A stretch of 64,000 nt of DNA from the human T2T-CHM13v2.0 reference genome, Homo sapiens (GCF_009914755.1 NC_060926.1), one strand, 5' to 3'; positions 41,102 through 55,390 are shown, counted from the first letter of the stretch. The notes: a model not told the origin generated them from the letters alone. Program-made: numbers and translations.

Positions 41102-42891
41102 GACTCAGGACCCATCCATGAACCCCATTTCCATTTCCACTGAACCTGAGGAATCCCCATCCTCGCTCTTTTACAGGCTCCCAAAATGGGGTTTTGTGTC
41201 AGCATGACATCCTTGGGCACATATCCAATCTCCCTTCGTGGATTTTGAGGCAAAGATTGGCGCTTCTGTTGCTTCCCGTGAGGGATCTTGGCTAACTGGA
41301 GTTGGAAATCAATAGCACTGGGAGTCCTAAAGGGAGTTAAAGGTTCTAGATTTGAGGGCCAAGAAATAAATGGGGAAAAAACTATTAAAATATTACATTA
41401 TTTTGAGCTGAAGTTCATACCTGCATTAATTCTAACCTAATCTTCGTTGATGTTTCACACGACTGCTCTTACAAAACCTGGTTGGCTTGGGCTGATTTGT
41501 TGAGATGCCCAGAGGAATTTATTCTACTTTCCCTCTTAAAACCCCAATGCTAAACACGTGGGACTCCTGACCCTCCCGAGGTTGACTTGGAAGCTGCAAC
41601 CCTGGCTCTTTCTCTGCTAAAAGGCCTGCTCAGGAGAGCTCAGGTGAGTGCCTGGTGAGATGCTGCCCCCTGGTGGTGATCCTCTTCTTAGTCCCAGGTG
41701 CCCAAGGTGGACCTTGCCCACGTCCATAGGGAAATAGTTCATGTAAGGTGGGTACTACGCTGGAGAGCCACAGCGGGAAACAGCTGTGCTTCTAGAAACC
41801 CCGTCCAGTGAGATGTGTGTCTCTTGGGTGGGTCTGACCAGGAGAAGTGGGCGAGCTCTTGCGTGTGTCTTTGAGGTGAGGGTTAATCCCTGAGCATCTG
41901 AACACAGCCAGGGCTGGGAATGGCTGAGGAAACAACTCTCCTCACTCGCTGCCAGGCTCTTTCCTTCCACCTCTGCTGCCCGCAAACCCAGTTTCTTCTG
42001 TCAAGAAAGCCAGAGGGGACCACGCTTTCCCACCCTCTTGGAGAGTATGCAGGTGGGAGTTGGGTCTGGGCTCCTGCAACCCTAAAGCGATCATGGCTGT
42101 CACTCATGTACAGACAAGGCCAGAGCTTCCTGTCCTTTGAAATCAATGCTTATGAATATTTTTCCCCAGAACAGGAATGAGTGGTCAATGTAGAAAAATT
42201 GGTGAATAAATTCAAGCAAAATTTTTAAAACATGAAAGGCACACATCAAGAATACCATTTTTTTCTATTCTGTATTTATGAGAGTGCACATTTTTCTTAT
42301 TTGCACTTGTGCGTGGGGCCTGGGTGTCCCACCGTCCAGGCCCCTCTTCTTCCCCTCTGCCCAGACTCCCCAGCCCCCTCTGGAAACCACTGGGGGAAGT
42401 GAGCATGCCCTTCTGGCTAGAATGTTCTAGGAAACCAGCACCTCAGGAGGCCAGGCAGAGGGGAAGGCTGTGGGGCCTGGTCTCGAGGAATAGGTGGGAG
42501 AGGCGGGTAGACACCTGGTGTGGAGTTCGAACAAGTGAGATTTCTTTGGGCATCTCAAGTTCAAGTCTGAGGCCCAAAGTCGTTCCAATGAGGACAAGGT
42601 GCTGGTGAAGGTGGCCTGGTGGGGGTCTCGGACGGCAGCCGCCGCTCAGCCCCGGAGGTCCCAGAGGCAGGGCTGGGGTGGCCACGCTACTCACTGAGGC
42701 TGCGGTCACAGTGACCACAGCTGCTTAGGGGGAGGGTGCCAGGTCAGATCCTGCATCCACCACTCAAAGCTGGGCGCTGTGAGGCTGGTTCCCTAATCTC
42801 TGTGTCTCTGTGTGATGTGTGTGACCGGGAGGGAGCCATGTGGGGTCCGAGTGAACTGAAGCCCCAACAGTACCAGAGCACCCTGTGAGTA

Positions 42892-43021
42892 CATCTAATG
42901 GGTTCACAAGCACAGACGCAGTGCCAGGCCAGGCTTGGCATCACCATGGAGGCCCCCATGAATTCATCTAATGGGCTCACACACACAGACGCAGCGCCAG
43001 GCCAGGCTTGGCATCACCATA
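42892..43021. repeat. Two-copy tandem duplication (~73-bp period)
   Basis: catctaatggg(t/c)tcaca...cacagacgcag(t/c)gccaggccaggcttggcatcaccat occurs twice. Confidence 0.85.
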
Positions 43022-43037
43022 GGGGCTTCTAGCTAAG

Positions 43038-43500
43038 GTGCTAAAGTTCGAGTTGGCGAGGTGTCACGGGAAACACACCTCCTCCCAACCCACGCCTCAC
43101 AAACCTCTCCACAAATGTGGAAGGGAACGGCAACAACTGAGTTTCAGAAAACTCATTCAGCCAAAGTGCGGAAAGCAGCAGCAGCAACCAAGAGCAGACG
43201 GCAAAGACAGAAAGAAGTCTCTCATTTTCCCACAGCTGGGGTCAGAGGTTGTGCAGTTTGGAGTCAGGGGACAAGCTGGGCCCTCCTCCTCCCGGAAAAC
43301 AGGGAGAGGGACGTGGTCTTCCTTGGTGGTGACTTTTCAAGGAGATGGCTCTTGGGTCCTTGAGAAAACTTTCTGGATACCTGAATCTGGCCAGAGGCTT
43401 CTGTAGCCATTAAACAGATTTACATACATTAGAAAAAGAAAGAAAGAAAGAATATCTGTAGGGAAAGGGAAAGAGGAAGGATCTTATCTTCAGTAATAAG
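43038..43500 (-). mobile_element. Old ERV1-class LTR remnant (subfamily uncertain)
   Basis: gagatggctcttgggtccttgagaaa...agatttacatacatt motif recalled from MER4-group LTRs. Confidence 0.35.
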
Positions 43501-43658
43501 AATGCAGCCTCTCACTGTATTTGTCCTGGCACTGGGAGCTGGTTAGGGTGCATGTTCCCAGGCTGCACCCCAGAGGCCCCTGGATAGAATCTGCAGGAAG
43601 AGGGTGGCCACTGTTCACACGAGGCACCTCCTGCCTCTGGTCCTTTCTACAGCAGCAG

Positions 43659-43796
43659 TGGAACTCTGGTCTCAGGTGGAATGCACTGGACCCTCCCTAG
43701 CACTGGGTACAACTCTGGTATTGGGTGGAACACACTAGACCCTCCCTTGTACTGGTGGAACTCTGGTCTTGGGTGGAATGCACTGGACCCTCCCTT
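43659..43796. repeat. ~49-bp tandem repeat, 3 copies
   Basis: aactctggt...ggtggaa(tg/ca)cact(g/a)gaccctccc occurs three times. Confidence 0.8.
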
Positions 43797-45608
43797 CTTG
43801 CTGCCCCTGAGGAATGTTCTGGGATGAACCACAAGTGGGGACCATAGAGGGCACCTGACAGAGGGGTGCTCGGTGTCACCAGGATCCCAAGGGCCTGACG
43901 TTGGAGCCAAGGGCAGTGCATGTAAAGAGGCCTAAGTGAATGGCTGGCCCCCAGCCTCTGTGAGTGTCAGGCTCCTGGGCTCTTATGTGTCAGTGTTTCA
44001 TCAAATTTGTATTGGCCTCTCATCAGATCAGCCCAAGGATCCACGTTCCAGGCCATTTCTGCAGCAGTTAGCATGTCTCACAGTGGGGTTTCTCTGCTTG
44101 CTCCTTAAGCCTTGCTTTTTCAGGCTTGCCCTCAGAGTGGCCATTAGCCCTGATTGTTTCAGGACCCCAAGGCTGGGCCCATCTCTACCCAGAGCACACC
44201 AGAACGAGGGCACCCAGCAGTGGATTCACAAACACAACTGAGCTCCCAGCTTCCAGTTCCTTACACTGGGATTTCTTACTGTGCCAAGCAATGTTATAAA
44301 TGAACAGAGGCCTGTGGGCTTAACTCTCAGAGCTTCTCCTGGAGAGCAGCACTGCTTGTCAGAGCAGCCCCTCTAAGCCTCAGGAGGCCAGTGCCCTTTT
44401 CCATTGGCCCATTGCCACTCTGCTCTTAAATCCACATAAGCATATCCTAAGTTAAAAAAAAATGCAATTTGCCAATTATTCGATGAGTGGCAGGTCTCAG
44501 GAAGAGCTTGCCTGGTACACAATTTGCACCAGGAAGTGGAGGCTGCATTAAGGACAAGGGCTGGAGGCCATCTCTCCAACCGGAGGACCAAAGCTGAGAG
44601 GAGAGGAAGCATCAGGTGGGGCTCAGAAACTGAACCCTGCCCTTCATCAGAAAATACGAGATCAAGATTCAAGTCCAGACTGAAGGACGACTTTCCAGGC
44701 CTGAAGAGCGAAGGGACCCTCTGCTTGGGCTGCGCTGAAAGAATTTTAAAAATGTGACTGCAGGCTAATCCTTCCAACTTTCCATCAGATAAGCCTAAAG
44801 CATTTAAGAACATTTTTGAACCAACAGTTCATTAAATTCCAGGACATATTTTGAGCACTACAGCAAATAATGACACGTAATTCACAAGCAACAGGCAAGT
44901 GGAGGCTCTAAGCTGAATGGCCCAGGGACCCTCCAGCCATGAACATCCAACAAGAAGCCTCATGTACTTTGTAACTGGCTAAGCTGCTCATAACAACGCT
45001 GGAAACATGTGGAAAGAGATCAGGGTGCGAAGGCATTGCATAGAGACGCCCAGGAGAGTGGGAAGAGTCCCCAGAAGTTAGCGCCAGCAGGGCGGCCTCC
45101 AGGAGGGCAGGCAACACCTGCAAAGATTCGTCACCTGATGCTCTAGATCCTTCTGAGGCCAACCCATCAGCTTCTTCGTTGTCTTTGTTGCTGCTAGGAC
45201 CAGGAACATACTTCTGTTAAAGTGAGAAAAAAAAATCCAAATGGTTTATTATTTATCCCAAGTGTTTTTCCACATTGCAATGCAACCCTCAAATCAGGAA
45301 TGAAATTGTGTCATCTGAGCGTTATTGTACTTAAGGAGCTTTTTCATGTTGTCCACAGTCAAATGAAAGGGAAAAGTGTTCATTATTGGGTATAGATATT
45401 CTGCATATGAGATCACTGTCAACTCTCAAAATTCAGGAACAATGATTATTCTGCCTAGAAGAAGAAAGTATACATTTTTAATTGTAACATCAATATTTCC
45501 AACAGAAAATTTAATTTACTGATCTGAGTAAATGTGAGAAAATGGTGGCCCTCTTCCAAATGCTGCCTGAGGGCCAAGGTACCAAATTTCCCAGCCCTTC
45601 CTGTCACT

Positions 45609-46452
45609 TGTCACCCTAAAAACAAACATAAAAACAAACAGAGAGGTTCTCTGAAAGAAAAGAGATTTATCTGGAAATAAAGCATTGCTATGGGAGTGCA
45701 CACACCATAGTAAACTCTGTGCATGTTCAGGGAGGAAAAGGAGGACAAAGGTTTTTAAAGGAAAAAAGGAGGAGGATTACATACTTGTCGGGGTAATTAC
45801 CCTTGGCTGCCCTTACGTTGCGTTGAGTGTGAAACTGCTGCCTTACCTATTGTAAACTCAGCTTAAAGGGTTCTCTGTGCACAGTAGCTGGGTGTGTAAA
45901 CAGACACCTGCTCTTCTGCCCCTACCGAGCTTTGGGCAATTCCAGGCAACCAAACGTTCAAACCATGTCCCAGTAAGGCAAATGCCGAGCTGTCACCAAT
46001 GTGGCTGTTTCTGTGCCTGATTCCGTTTTCTGTTCCTCACATGGCTTTTTCTGTCCATAAATCTTCTCTGACCACCCGGCAGTGTCCAAGTTTCTCTGAG
46101 CCTGTCCTGGTCCCTACCCGATTTGAGAACCGCTCTTTACTCAGTGAAACTGTTAAATTTAATTTGTCTAAAGTTTTCTGGTTTTTTTTTTTTCCCTACA
46201 AAGATATATGACAAGGGTGACACACCTGTCTGAGGTTGGCCAGGTAGTTGGTGGGCAGACATCCTTGCAGAAGTGTTTCTTGTGTCCAGTTGCAATGGCC
46301 TTTGTGTGCAGCTGTGGTTTTTGCAGGCTTTTGTGATACTTTTTGTGTTCAGGCATTCATGCAAGGGCACCCTCTCCTCATGGCCTTGCCTGGCTCTATT
46401 TGTTAGGGTTTTCTTGACATCACTGACTCCATTTTGACTGTGGCAACTTTCT
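45609..46452 (-). mobile_element. MER65/MER67-type LTR with a nested MER57-type LTR (+, ~45830-46195)
   Basis: Outer element: tgactccattttgactgtggcaactttc end and catagtaaact...cagggagg. Inner element: taaggcaaatgccgagctgtcaccaat...tgttaaatttaatttgtctaaagttt. Confidence 0.65.
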
Positions 46453-46729
46453 TGCATTCAGACTTCTGTGTTACAGTGGTGGTGGTACTTTAGATTCTTT
46501 TGTCGATTGACCTCATTGTCTCCTCCAATTCTTAAGGACCACCTTAATTTACTGTAACATGTTTGAAGAACACTATAGAAAACAATATGGGACAACTGGA
46601 AGACCTTATATTTTCAATAGTTGCTACAATGAAATTGATGTAAGATGTTGAGAAAGAGTGTATCAGGGGCATTTGACACATCTCTTACTAAGAGCTACCA
46701 TAGGAAGTCATCCCTTTTTGTGTGTGGTG

Positions 46730-47535
<806 letters not shown>

Positions 47536-47843
47536 GTGCTCTACCCAAATGTCCAATCCCCACTGCCCAGCTCCAACAGGAACCCAGCACCCCTCTTTAG
47601 GGCTGATGTCCGGTCCCATCCAGAAATAGCTTCACCTCCAAGGCTGAGTCCCAGACCTGTGCGTCTGCCTCCACTTGGCCTTTGATTTCTTGGCTCCTGT
47701 GGTCTTTCCCCCGGCTGCCTTCTTTGCAATGACCTCCAGAAAGATGGACTCACACTCACCAGAAGTGAACGTGTCCTGAAAAACGACTCTGTAGACAACA
47801 GAATGTCTAAGGGTAGAATTCAGGATGGCTATATCAATATTTC

Positions 47844-48139
<296 letters not shown>

Positions 48140-48303
48140 AATATTTCTTTAAATATGATCTAAACAAGTTTCCTAAGTTCATACATGTTTATCATCTATC
48201 AGTCAGAATTCCTTCCGTAGGAATTACTGTCATTACGTTTTGTACTGAAAGTATCAGTTACAATACGAGTTACAAACTTTTTGGGAGTGTGTCTATTTTT
48301 TAA

Positions 48304-48653
<350 letters not shown>

Positions 48654-48999
48654 TTTAATTGGTTTTAATTTTAATAGCCTTTATCAAGGTATTGAATTTA
48701 TTTTTTAGTAACTATAGCTCAAATTAGTTTTCTGTATTCAATAACTCTCTTGGCATACTGAGGAAAACTATTTCACTTTTTGCTTTTTCAGATGATTTTA
48801 TTAAAAAGGTAAAGAGCCACACCAACAGCTAATGTTAGACAGAAAACTGCCAAAAGTTGTCAATTAGAAACCTGGGAAACTTCTCAGAATCTTCTCTGTA
48901 GTTCAGGGGAAGAAAAATATTTTGTCTCTATTTATCTCAGGTTCTCCAGCTTGGACCACACAAGTGAGACCAGGCAAAAGCAGACTACTAGGAGAAAGC

Positions 49000-49480
49000 A
49001 AACCAAAGATTATAGCCTCTGCTTCCACAGGGGAGCCCCCAGAGATGAGTGCTTGCCAGGGGTGTTCAGAGCCTGAGTTTAAATACCAGCAAAGGAGAAG
49101 GGTTGAGGGCTTCTGGGTGGAGGAGGCAAGTTATGAGGAGGTGATCAGAAGAAGTGCTGTGTGTGAACGAGAGCTGTTGGGCGGGGCTGCTGTGCAGACA
49201 GAGGCCTGGCCTTCTCCATTGACAAGAGCAGAAACTGTCTTGTGAAGAACAGGAGGGAATTCACCTTTGAGGTCTCTGGTTCTTGAATGACCTAACTTTA
49301 AGAGTCCTCGTACAGGAGACAGAGACACCTTTTACAAAGGTGACTTGTCCTCACAAAAGGAAAGCTTTTGCCCTGTTTTTAGAGTTTTCCCTGCATCTGC
49401 TCATTCTCAATGTCCTTCAGCTCAAAATCATCTTTATGCCAAATGGGCCTATTTTGGGGTGGCAAGTTCTGGTACTTTTG
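49000..49480 (-). mobile_element. MER31/MER34-group LTR remnant
   Basis: ttctcaatgtccttcagctcaaaatcatctttatgccaaa...attttggggtggca. Confidence 0.5.
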
Positions 49481-49601
49481 CTTGACAACACCTCTTCCGT
49501 AGACCGTTTTCCATCTGCTTTGCTTCCAGTTATCAATGTGTTCTGTCACTCCTGAGAGACTAAAATCTAGCACTTTGGAGGATAAAATGACTGCGAGTTC
49601 C

Positions 49602-49927
49602 TGTTAAATTAAGTTCAGCCTAGAGCTTCCTTTCTCTGTACGCTGTAACCTACTCTTATGCCAGTCACCAAGTTTTGGCTCATCAGAGGAGGCCAGCTGC
49701 TCAAACCTTGTTCAAATAAGGCAAATGCCGAGCCACAACCAGTCCGGCTGTTATCTCCATTTTCTGTCTGTCACTTTCCTTTTGGTGTCCCTAAATCTTC
49801 CACTTCATGGCTGAGTGCTGGAGTCTCTGAGCCTTCTCTAGCTCAAGAGGCTGCCCGACTCACCAATCATCCATTGCTCAATTAAACTCTGTTAAATTTA
49901 ATTTGGCTAAGGTTTTCCTTTTAACAA
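49602..49927 (+). mobile_element. MER57-type LTR
   Basis: tgttaaattaagttcagcct...tgttcaaataaggcaaatgccgagc...ctcaattaaactctgttaaatttaatttggctaagg...ttttaaca. Confidence 0.75.
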
Positions 49928-50603
49928 TGCATTTAACTGTCATTTCAGCTTTCCAAAGTTTACTCTTTTAACAAATATCGAGTGCCTTTTCTAAAGTGAA
50001 AACTCTGCTGTCTCTGTATAATTCTCCTAAGGCATCTGCTCTCAGATTCCGAGCATCTAGAATTGGGAGGGTCAGACCCACATACACAAGAGAGTTAGAA
50101 GTTGCAGATGTCACCAAGACGGGCAGGGTGGCAGCAGAGGGAACGCTCTTGTGATGAGCAGGAGGGAATTCATCTTTGAGGTCTCTGGTCCTTTAACGAC
50201 CTTTCTTTCAGCTTCACAGACATTTGCATATTGGCTCCAATTTTAAACTTGCCCTAATGGGAACCCAGGGAGTCAAGATCCTTCTACACACAAGACAAAC
50301 AAGGGGGCACATGAGATTTAGCCACTTCTGTATTCTACTTTTGCTAGATCATTTTGAGCTAAAGGACATTGTGAACGAGCTGTCGACCTAAAAGGAAGGA
50401 AAAGGCAGAAGCACAAAATGTGATTTAAAGAGTTGATCTGAGCCAAAGCAAGGACAGCAGCCTAGAAGACTCAGCCCCAGGCAACCCTGGTCAGACACTC
50501 AGTACTCAGCCCCAGGCAACCCTGGCGGGATGCTCAGGACTGAGCCCCAGGCAAACCTGGCTGGGTTTGGCCAGGAGATCCATTCACCTTTGGTATAGGG
50601 AGG

Positions 50604-50757
50604 TTTTTTTTTTTTTAATTTTATTATTATTATATTTTGTTATTATTATATTTTAAGTTTTAGGGTACATGTGCACAACGTGCAGGTTTGTTACAACATG
50701 TTGGTGGGGTGGGGGGAGTGGGGAGGGATAGCATTAGGAGATATACCTAATGCTAAA
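50604..50757 (-). mobile_element. Very short 5'-inverted (twin-primed) L1PA3/4 insertion
   Basis: PolyT plus antisense L1 3' end, then a sense L1 3'UTR piece. TSD tggtatagggagg/tggtataggcagg. Confidence 0.85.
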
Positions 50758-51227
50758 TGGTATAGGCAGGTTTTTAAAAGCAAAAGCAGGGGGACAGAAA
50801 AGGGCTGGTGGAAAGTGGTTTGCAGCAATTCTCATTGGTTTGCAGCAATAGCATTGATTAGCGATTGCGGATACATTGGTAAGCTATAGGCAGGGGTTAC
50901 AGTGTCTGCTGGGGCGTAAGGAGGCTACTGTGGCAACAGAGAGCGGTTTCAAGAGGTGGACACACAGCTCAGGGCAGTGCTGGGTCCTGATTGCTGTCTC
51001 ATTTGAGCCTCTCTGGGCCTAAGAATTTGAAAGGGTTCACATTCCTTAGATAAAAGTTACTTTCTTTCCTCACAGTAGATTCAGAAAAAGCTCTAAAAAC
51101 AGGAACAAGTTTTCCTTTTGGGAAGGAAATTTACATTTGTCAAAGATGTCTCCCTCTTCTGCACTAGGAAGAGCAGAAGTCTCAGCAATTCCTACTGGGG
51201 AGTAAGCCAGGTTTGAATCAGCAGGCC

Positions 51228-52688
51228 AGCCTCACCAGCAGAGCCTCACCAGCAGAGCCTCACCAGCACAGCATCACCAGCAGAGCCTCACCAGCAGAGC
51301 CTCACCAGCACAGCCTCACCAGCAGAGCATCACCAGCACAGCATCACCAGCAGAGCCTCACCAGCAGAGCCTCACCAGCACAGCCTCACCAGCACAGCCT
51401 CACCAGCAGAGCATCACCAGCACAGCATCACCAGCAGAGCCTCACCAGCAGAGCCTCACCAGCAGAGCCTCACCAGCAGAGACTCACCAGCAGAGCCTCA
51501 CCAGCAGAGACTCACCAGCAGAGACTCACCAGCAGAGCATCCCCAGCAGATCATCACCAGCAGACACTCACCAGCAGAGCATCACCAGCAGAGACTCACC
51601 AGCAGAGCATCACCAGCAGAGACTCTCCAGCAGAGCCTCACCAGCAGAGCCTCAGCAGCAGAGCATCACCAGCAGAGCCTCACCAGCAGAGCATCACCAG
51701 CAGAGCCTCACCAGCAGAGCATCACCAGCAGAGCCTCACCAGCAGAGACTCACCAGCAGAGACTCACCAGCAGAGCCTCACCAGCAGAGCACCACCAGCA
51801 GAGACTCACCAGCAGAGCCTCACCAACAGAGACTCACCAGCAGAGCATCACTAGCAGAGACTCACCAGCAGAGCCTCACCAGCAGAGCATCACCAGCAGA
51901 GACTCACCAGCAGAGCCTCACCAACAGAGACTCACCAGCAGAGCCTCACCAGCAGAGCACCACTAGCAGAGCATCACCAGCAGAGGCTCACCAGCAGAGC
52001 CTCACCAGCAGAGCACCACTAGCAGAGCATCACCAGCAGAGGCTCACCAGCAGAGCCTCACCAGCAGAGCCTCACCAGCAGAGACTCACCAGCAGAGCAT
52101 CAACAGCAGAGCACCACCAGCAGAGCCTCACCAGCAGAGACTCACCAGCAGAGCATCAACAGCAGAGCACCACCAGCAGAGCCTCACCAGCAGAGCCTCA
52201 CCAGCAGAGACTCACCAGCAGAGCCTCACCAACAGAGACTCACCAGCAGAGCCTCACCAGCAGAGCATCACCAGCAGAGACTCACCAGCAGAGCCTCACC
52301 AGCAGAGACTCACCAGCAGAGACTCACCAGCAGAGCCTCACCAGCAGAGACTCACCAGCAGAGCCTCACCAACAGAGACTCACCAGCAGAGCCTCACCAG
52401 CAGAGCATCACCAGCAGAGACTCACCAGCAGAGCCTCACCAGCAGAGACTCACCAGCAGAGACTCACCAGCAGAGCATCACCAGCAGAGACTCACCAGCA
52501 GAGCCTCACCAGCAGAGACTCACCAGCAGAGACTCACCAGCAGAGCCTCACCAGCAGAGACTCACCAGCAGAGCCTCACCAACAGAGACTCACCAGCAGA
52601 GACTCACCAGCAGAGCCTCACCAGCACAGCCTCACCAGCAGAGGCTCACCAGCAGAGGCTCACCAGCAGAGGCTGACCAGCAGAGGCT
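51228..52688. repeat. 14-bp VNTR (CACCAGCAGAGCCT and variants), ~104 units
   Basis: Strict 14-bp period with GCCT/GCAT/GACT/GGCT variants. Confidence 0.98.
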
Positions 52689-53655
52689 GGCCTACCTGCT
52701 TTCCCTGCTCACTTTCCTGTAATTTGCCAACTGCACCCAGAAGCTCAAAACTCCTTTCCTTTGTTTGGGTCTGAGATGATGGATAAGCACTAGTCCTACC
52801 CACCCCGGCACTCTCAACACTGGGTGCTGCTGTAGGTACCTGTGAGAGGCACGTGTGAATAAACTTCTGTTTTTCTCATGTTAACCTGTTTCTTGCAAGT
52901 CTAGTTTACAAGGCCGCAGCTGTGGAAACTGTGATGGGTAGAGGAAAAGGATTTTATTTTTTTCTCCCCTCCACTGCAGTCCTGCCCACTTAACGTTCCA
53001 TTAGCTAGAAACCAGTTTGCCGTTACCTGATTGATATCTGACTGCTCTATTTAGGCTCCACCTGAGGAGAAGGGGTGCGGGAACTGGAGCCCCACCTGCC
53101 CCAGGAGGAGAGCGCAGACTCTGATGAGCTGCTGCAGTCTCTCCTGGTGAGCTCCTGCGGGGCCGTGAATGGGGACCGCAGGCTCTGCACGAGTTCCCAC
53201 ACAGGGAGAGCCTGTCCTGGGCTCCATGTCACACAGGGAGGGGCCACCTCACCTTCTAGCCCAGTGGCAGACACTTAAAGCCTCTGATGTTAGTTCCAGC
53301 TCCCCCTTCAGCCCTAACTTTTAATTTTCTTTCCTTTGTTCTTTATTTTTTTGAGAGCTGCAAGCTTGCTGCGGTCACAGTGCTGTTCTTCCCATGAGTC
53401 ACCCACAGGACCGCCTGCCTCCTGTCCCCTTCACGCGCATGGGCCGATGTCTCACGGAAGGAAGTGGTGCATTGGAGGGAGCTCAGATGCTCCCCTGGGC
53501 TCTTCATCTGGGGGCAGCTCTCAGGGTGCAGGGGGCTCAGACTGGGCTCTCTGCACTGCCACACACCTGCCCGGTGACTTGGGACAAAGCATTTGGCTTT
53601 CTCAGCTGGTTTCCTGTGGTGCACTAAGGAGATAATGACACCTACCTTTGCAGAT

Positions 53656-54812
53656 GTTGGGGCTCAGAGCATGATACCCCAAGGTACACGCCTTGGCTGT
53701 GGTGTTCTTTGAGTTGCAGGATGCTGAAAGGCTCTGACGCTAGGCTGTGGTCTCTCATTCTCCTCTCTCACTCCTCAGCCTCCCCTAAAGCAGTCGTAGA
53801 AACTGGAATTCCTATGCCCCTAGGCCGGTCCTAGAAACTAGAGGCCCCCTCCCCAAAAGCAAGCCAAAAAGCCTGGAAAGGTCACTCTCTCCCTTCTCCC
53901 TTCAAGACACTCATTCCAGAAGGGTCCTGTCCCGTAGACAGAAGGAAGAAACTGTAGGGGCCAAGGGAAAACCCCCTTTTTACCCTCTGAAGGTTTGCTA
54001 AAAGTCTACTGGTGAAAGGACGATTAATAAGAGTAAAGGCACGCAGATAGGAACATGCACGGGGTGAGGAAGTGGCCGCCTCACCATGTGATGGGACAGA
54101 CGCTGATACACCCGCCCTTTTAGGGGAAAGGGAGATGGGGCGTGTGGATGAGTTTAGCGGGTAGTAAATGCCCTTTAGGAAATTCAATGGGCTTGGAGAA
54201 TATACAGTGATCTGAGGCAATGTCTGTTGGGCCCACAGAGCAGACAATGGCTTATGACACATGTCTGTCCAGGTGGATTGAGACTTTGGTCTTTCTTTCT
54301 GTGACAGGAATCCAGCTGAGAAAAACTCAGGGAAGAGACAGGGGTGACCGTTTCCTTCTTTGGTGGGTTCAGACTCAGAGAGCAGCTTCACCCTGTGCTT
54401 TGGGACGCAGGGGATTCAGATGGGACATGAGGAGGGTGATCAGAGAGACCTGGAGAGGCTGTTTCTTCAGTTCAACACGTCAAAGCCCCACATTTTGGGG
54501 TATCGATTCCCGAGCCCCCACAGCGTGCTACCCAGAGAGGCTGAGAGGAACATGGACGGAGCGGCCTTGCTGGGGCCCCTGCTGGGCGATCTCTCCCTTT
54601 GTCCCATCGTGTTTCTGCATGGCCGCCCATCTTCATGGGGTCTGAGCAGAATCTCAGTTTCCCCTTGGTCTTTGGGTCTTCCTTTGGAAGCCTCAGGGGC
54701 TACATAAAACTTGGATTAAAGAAATGCGTTGTGTTTTTCTCTTGTTAACCTGCGTTTCATTCTAGGAGTGTCAGCCAGGTCGCAACCTTATGATGAGTGA
54801 GGAAAGGTCTCA
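53656..54812 (+). mobile_element. MER39-type LTR with a nested MER49-type LTR (-, ~53952-54522)
   Basis: Outer element starts tgttggggctcaga...atacccc. Inner element runs tgtaggggccaagggaaaa...ccctctgaaggtttgct to ttttggggtatcgattcccgagcccccaca. Confidence 0.6.
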
Positions 54813-55094
54813 CAGCACACAGGACTCTTGCTGAAGGCCGCAGGAGGATCGGGTGTCACCTGGGGATGGGGAGAGATGAGGAACCCAGTTAGCTACGGAG
54901 GGGGTCAGGTGTGGAGGGTGGGGGTTCTCTCTAAACCAACATAATATTTTTGCCACAGCTGGGCGAGGACAATGCTTAGGTAAAGCCTAAGGAGTCTGAG
55001 CGGACTTCGGTCAAGGCAGGTCTTTCCCAGCACCGAGGAGGTGAGAATAAGATAATCCACGCTTCGCTTTCTTTGAGGCCTTGCTCAAAAAAAA

Positions 55095-55390
55095 TTTTTT
55101 TTTTTTTTTTGGAGACAGAGCCTCCCTCTGTCAGCCAGGCAGGAGTGCAGTGGCATGATCTCGGCTCACTGCAACCTCTGCCTCCCTAGCTCAAGCAATT
55201 CTCTAGCCTCAGCCTCCTGAGTAGCTGAGATTACAGGCGTGAGCCACCACAGCCAGCTAATTTTTGTATTTTTAGTAGAGATGGGGTTTCACCATGTTGG
55301 CCAGGCTGGTCTCGAACTCCTGACCTCAGGTGATCTCCCGCCTCGGCCTCCCACAGTGCTGGGATTATAGACATGAGCCATAGTACCCAG
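55095..55390 (-). mobile_element. Alu (AluS-type)
   Basis: Antisense dimer. Confidence 0.93.

Larger units (their letters stand above)
50310..52972 (+). mobile_element. MER34-type LTR hosting a second LTR (50381-51074, -), a micro-L1 and the 14-bp VNTR
   Basis: Start cattttgagctaaaggacattg. Resumes at ggaaatttacattt. Ends aataaacttctgtttttctcatgttaacctgt...gggtagaggaaaagg...ctcccctcca. Confidence 0.5.

Noticed and set aside
51213-51854. 213-aa SLTSRASPAEPHQQ-repeat ORF
   Set aside because: Translation of the 14-bp VNTR from a non-ATG start with no gene context.
51228-52688. CTCF site array (CCAGCAGAG resembles the core)
   Set aside because: Units lack the GGC/GGCGC end of the CTCF motif, so the match is partial only.
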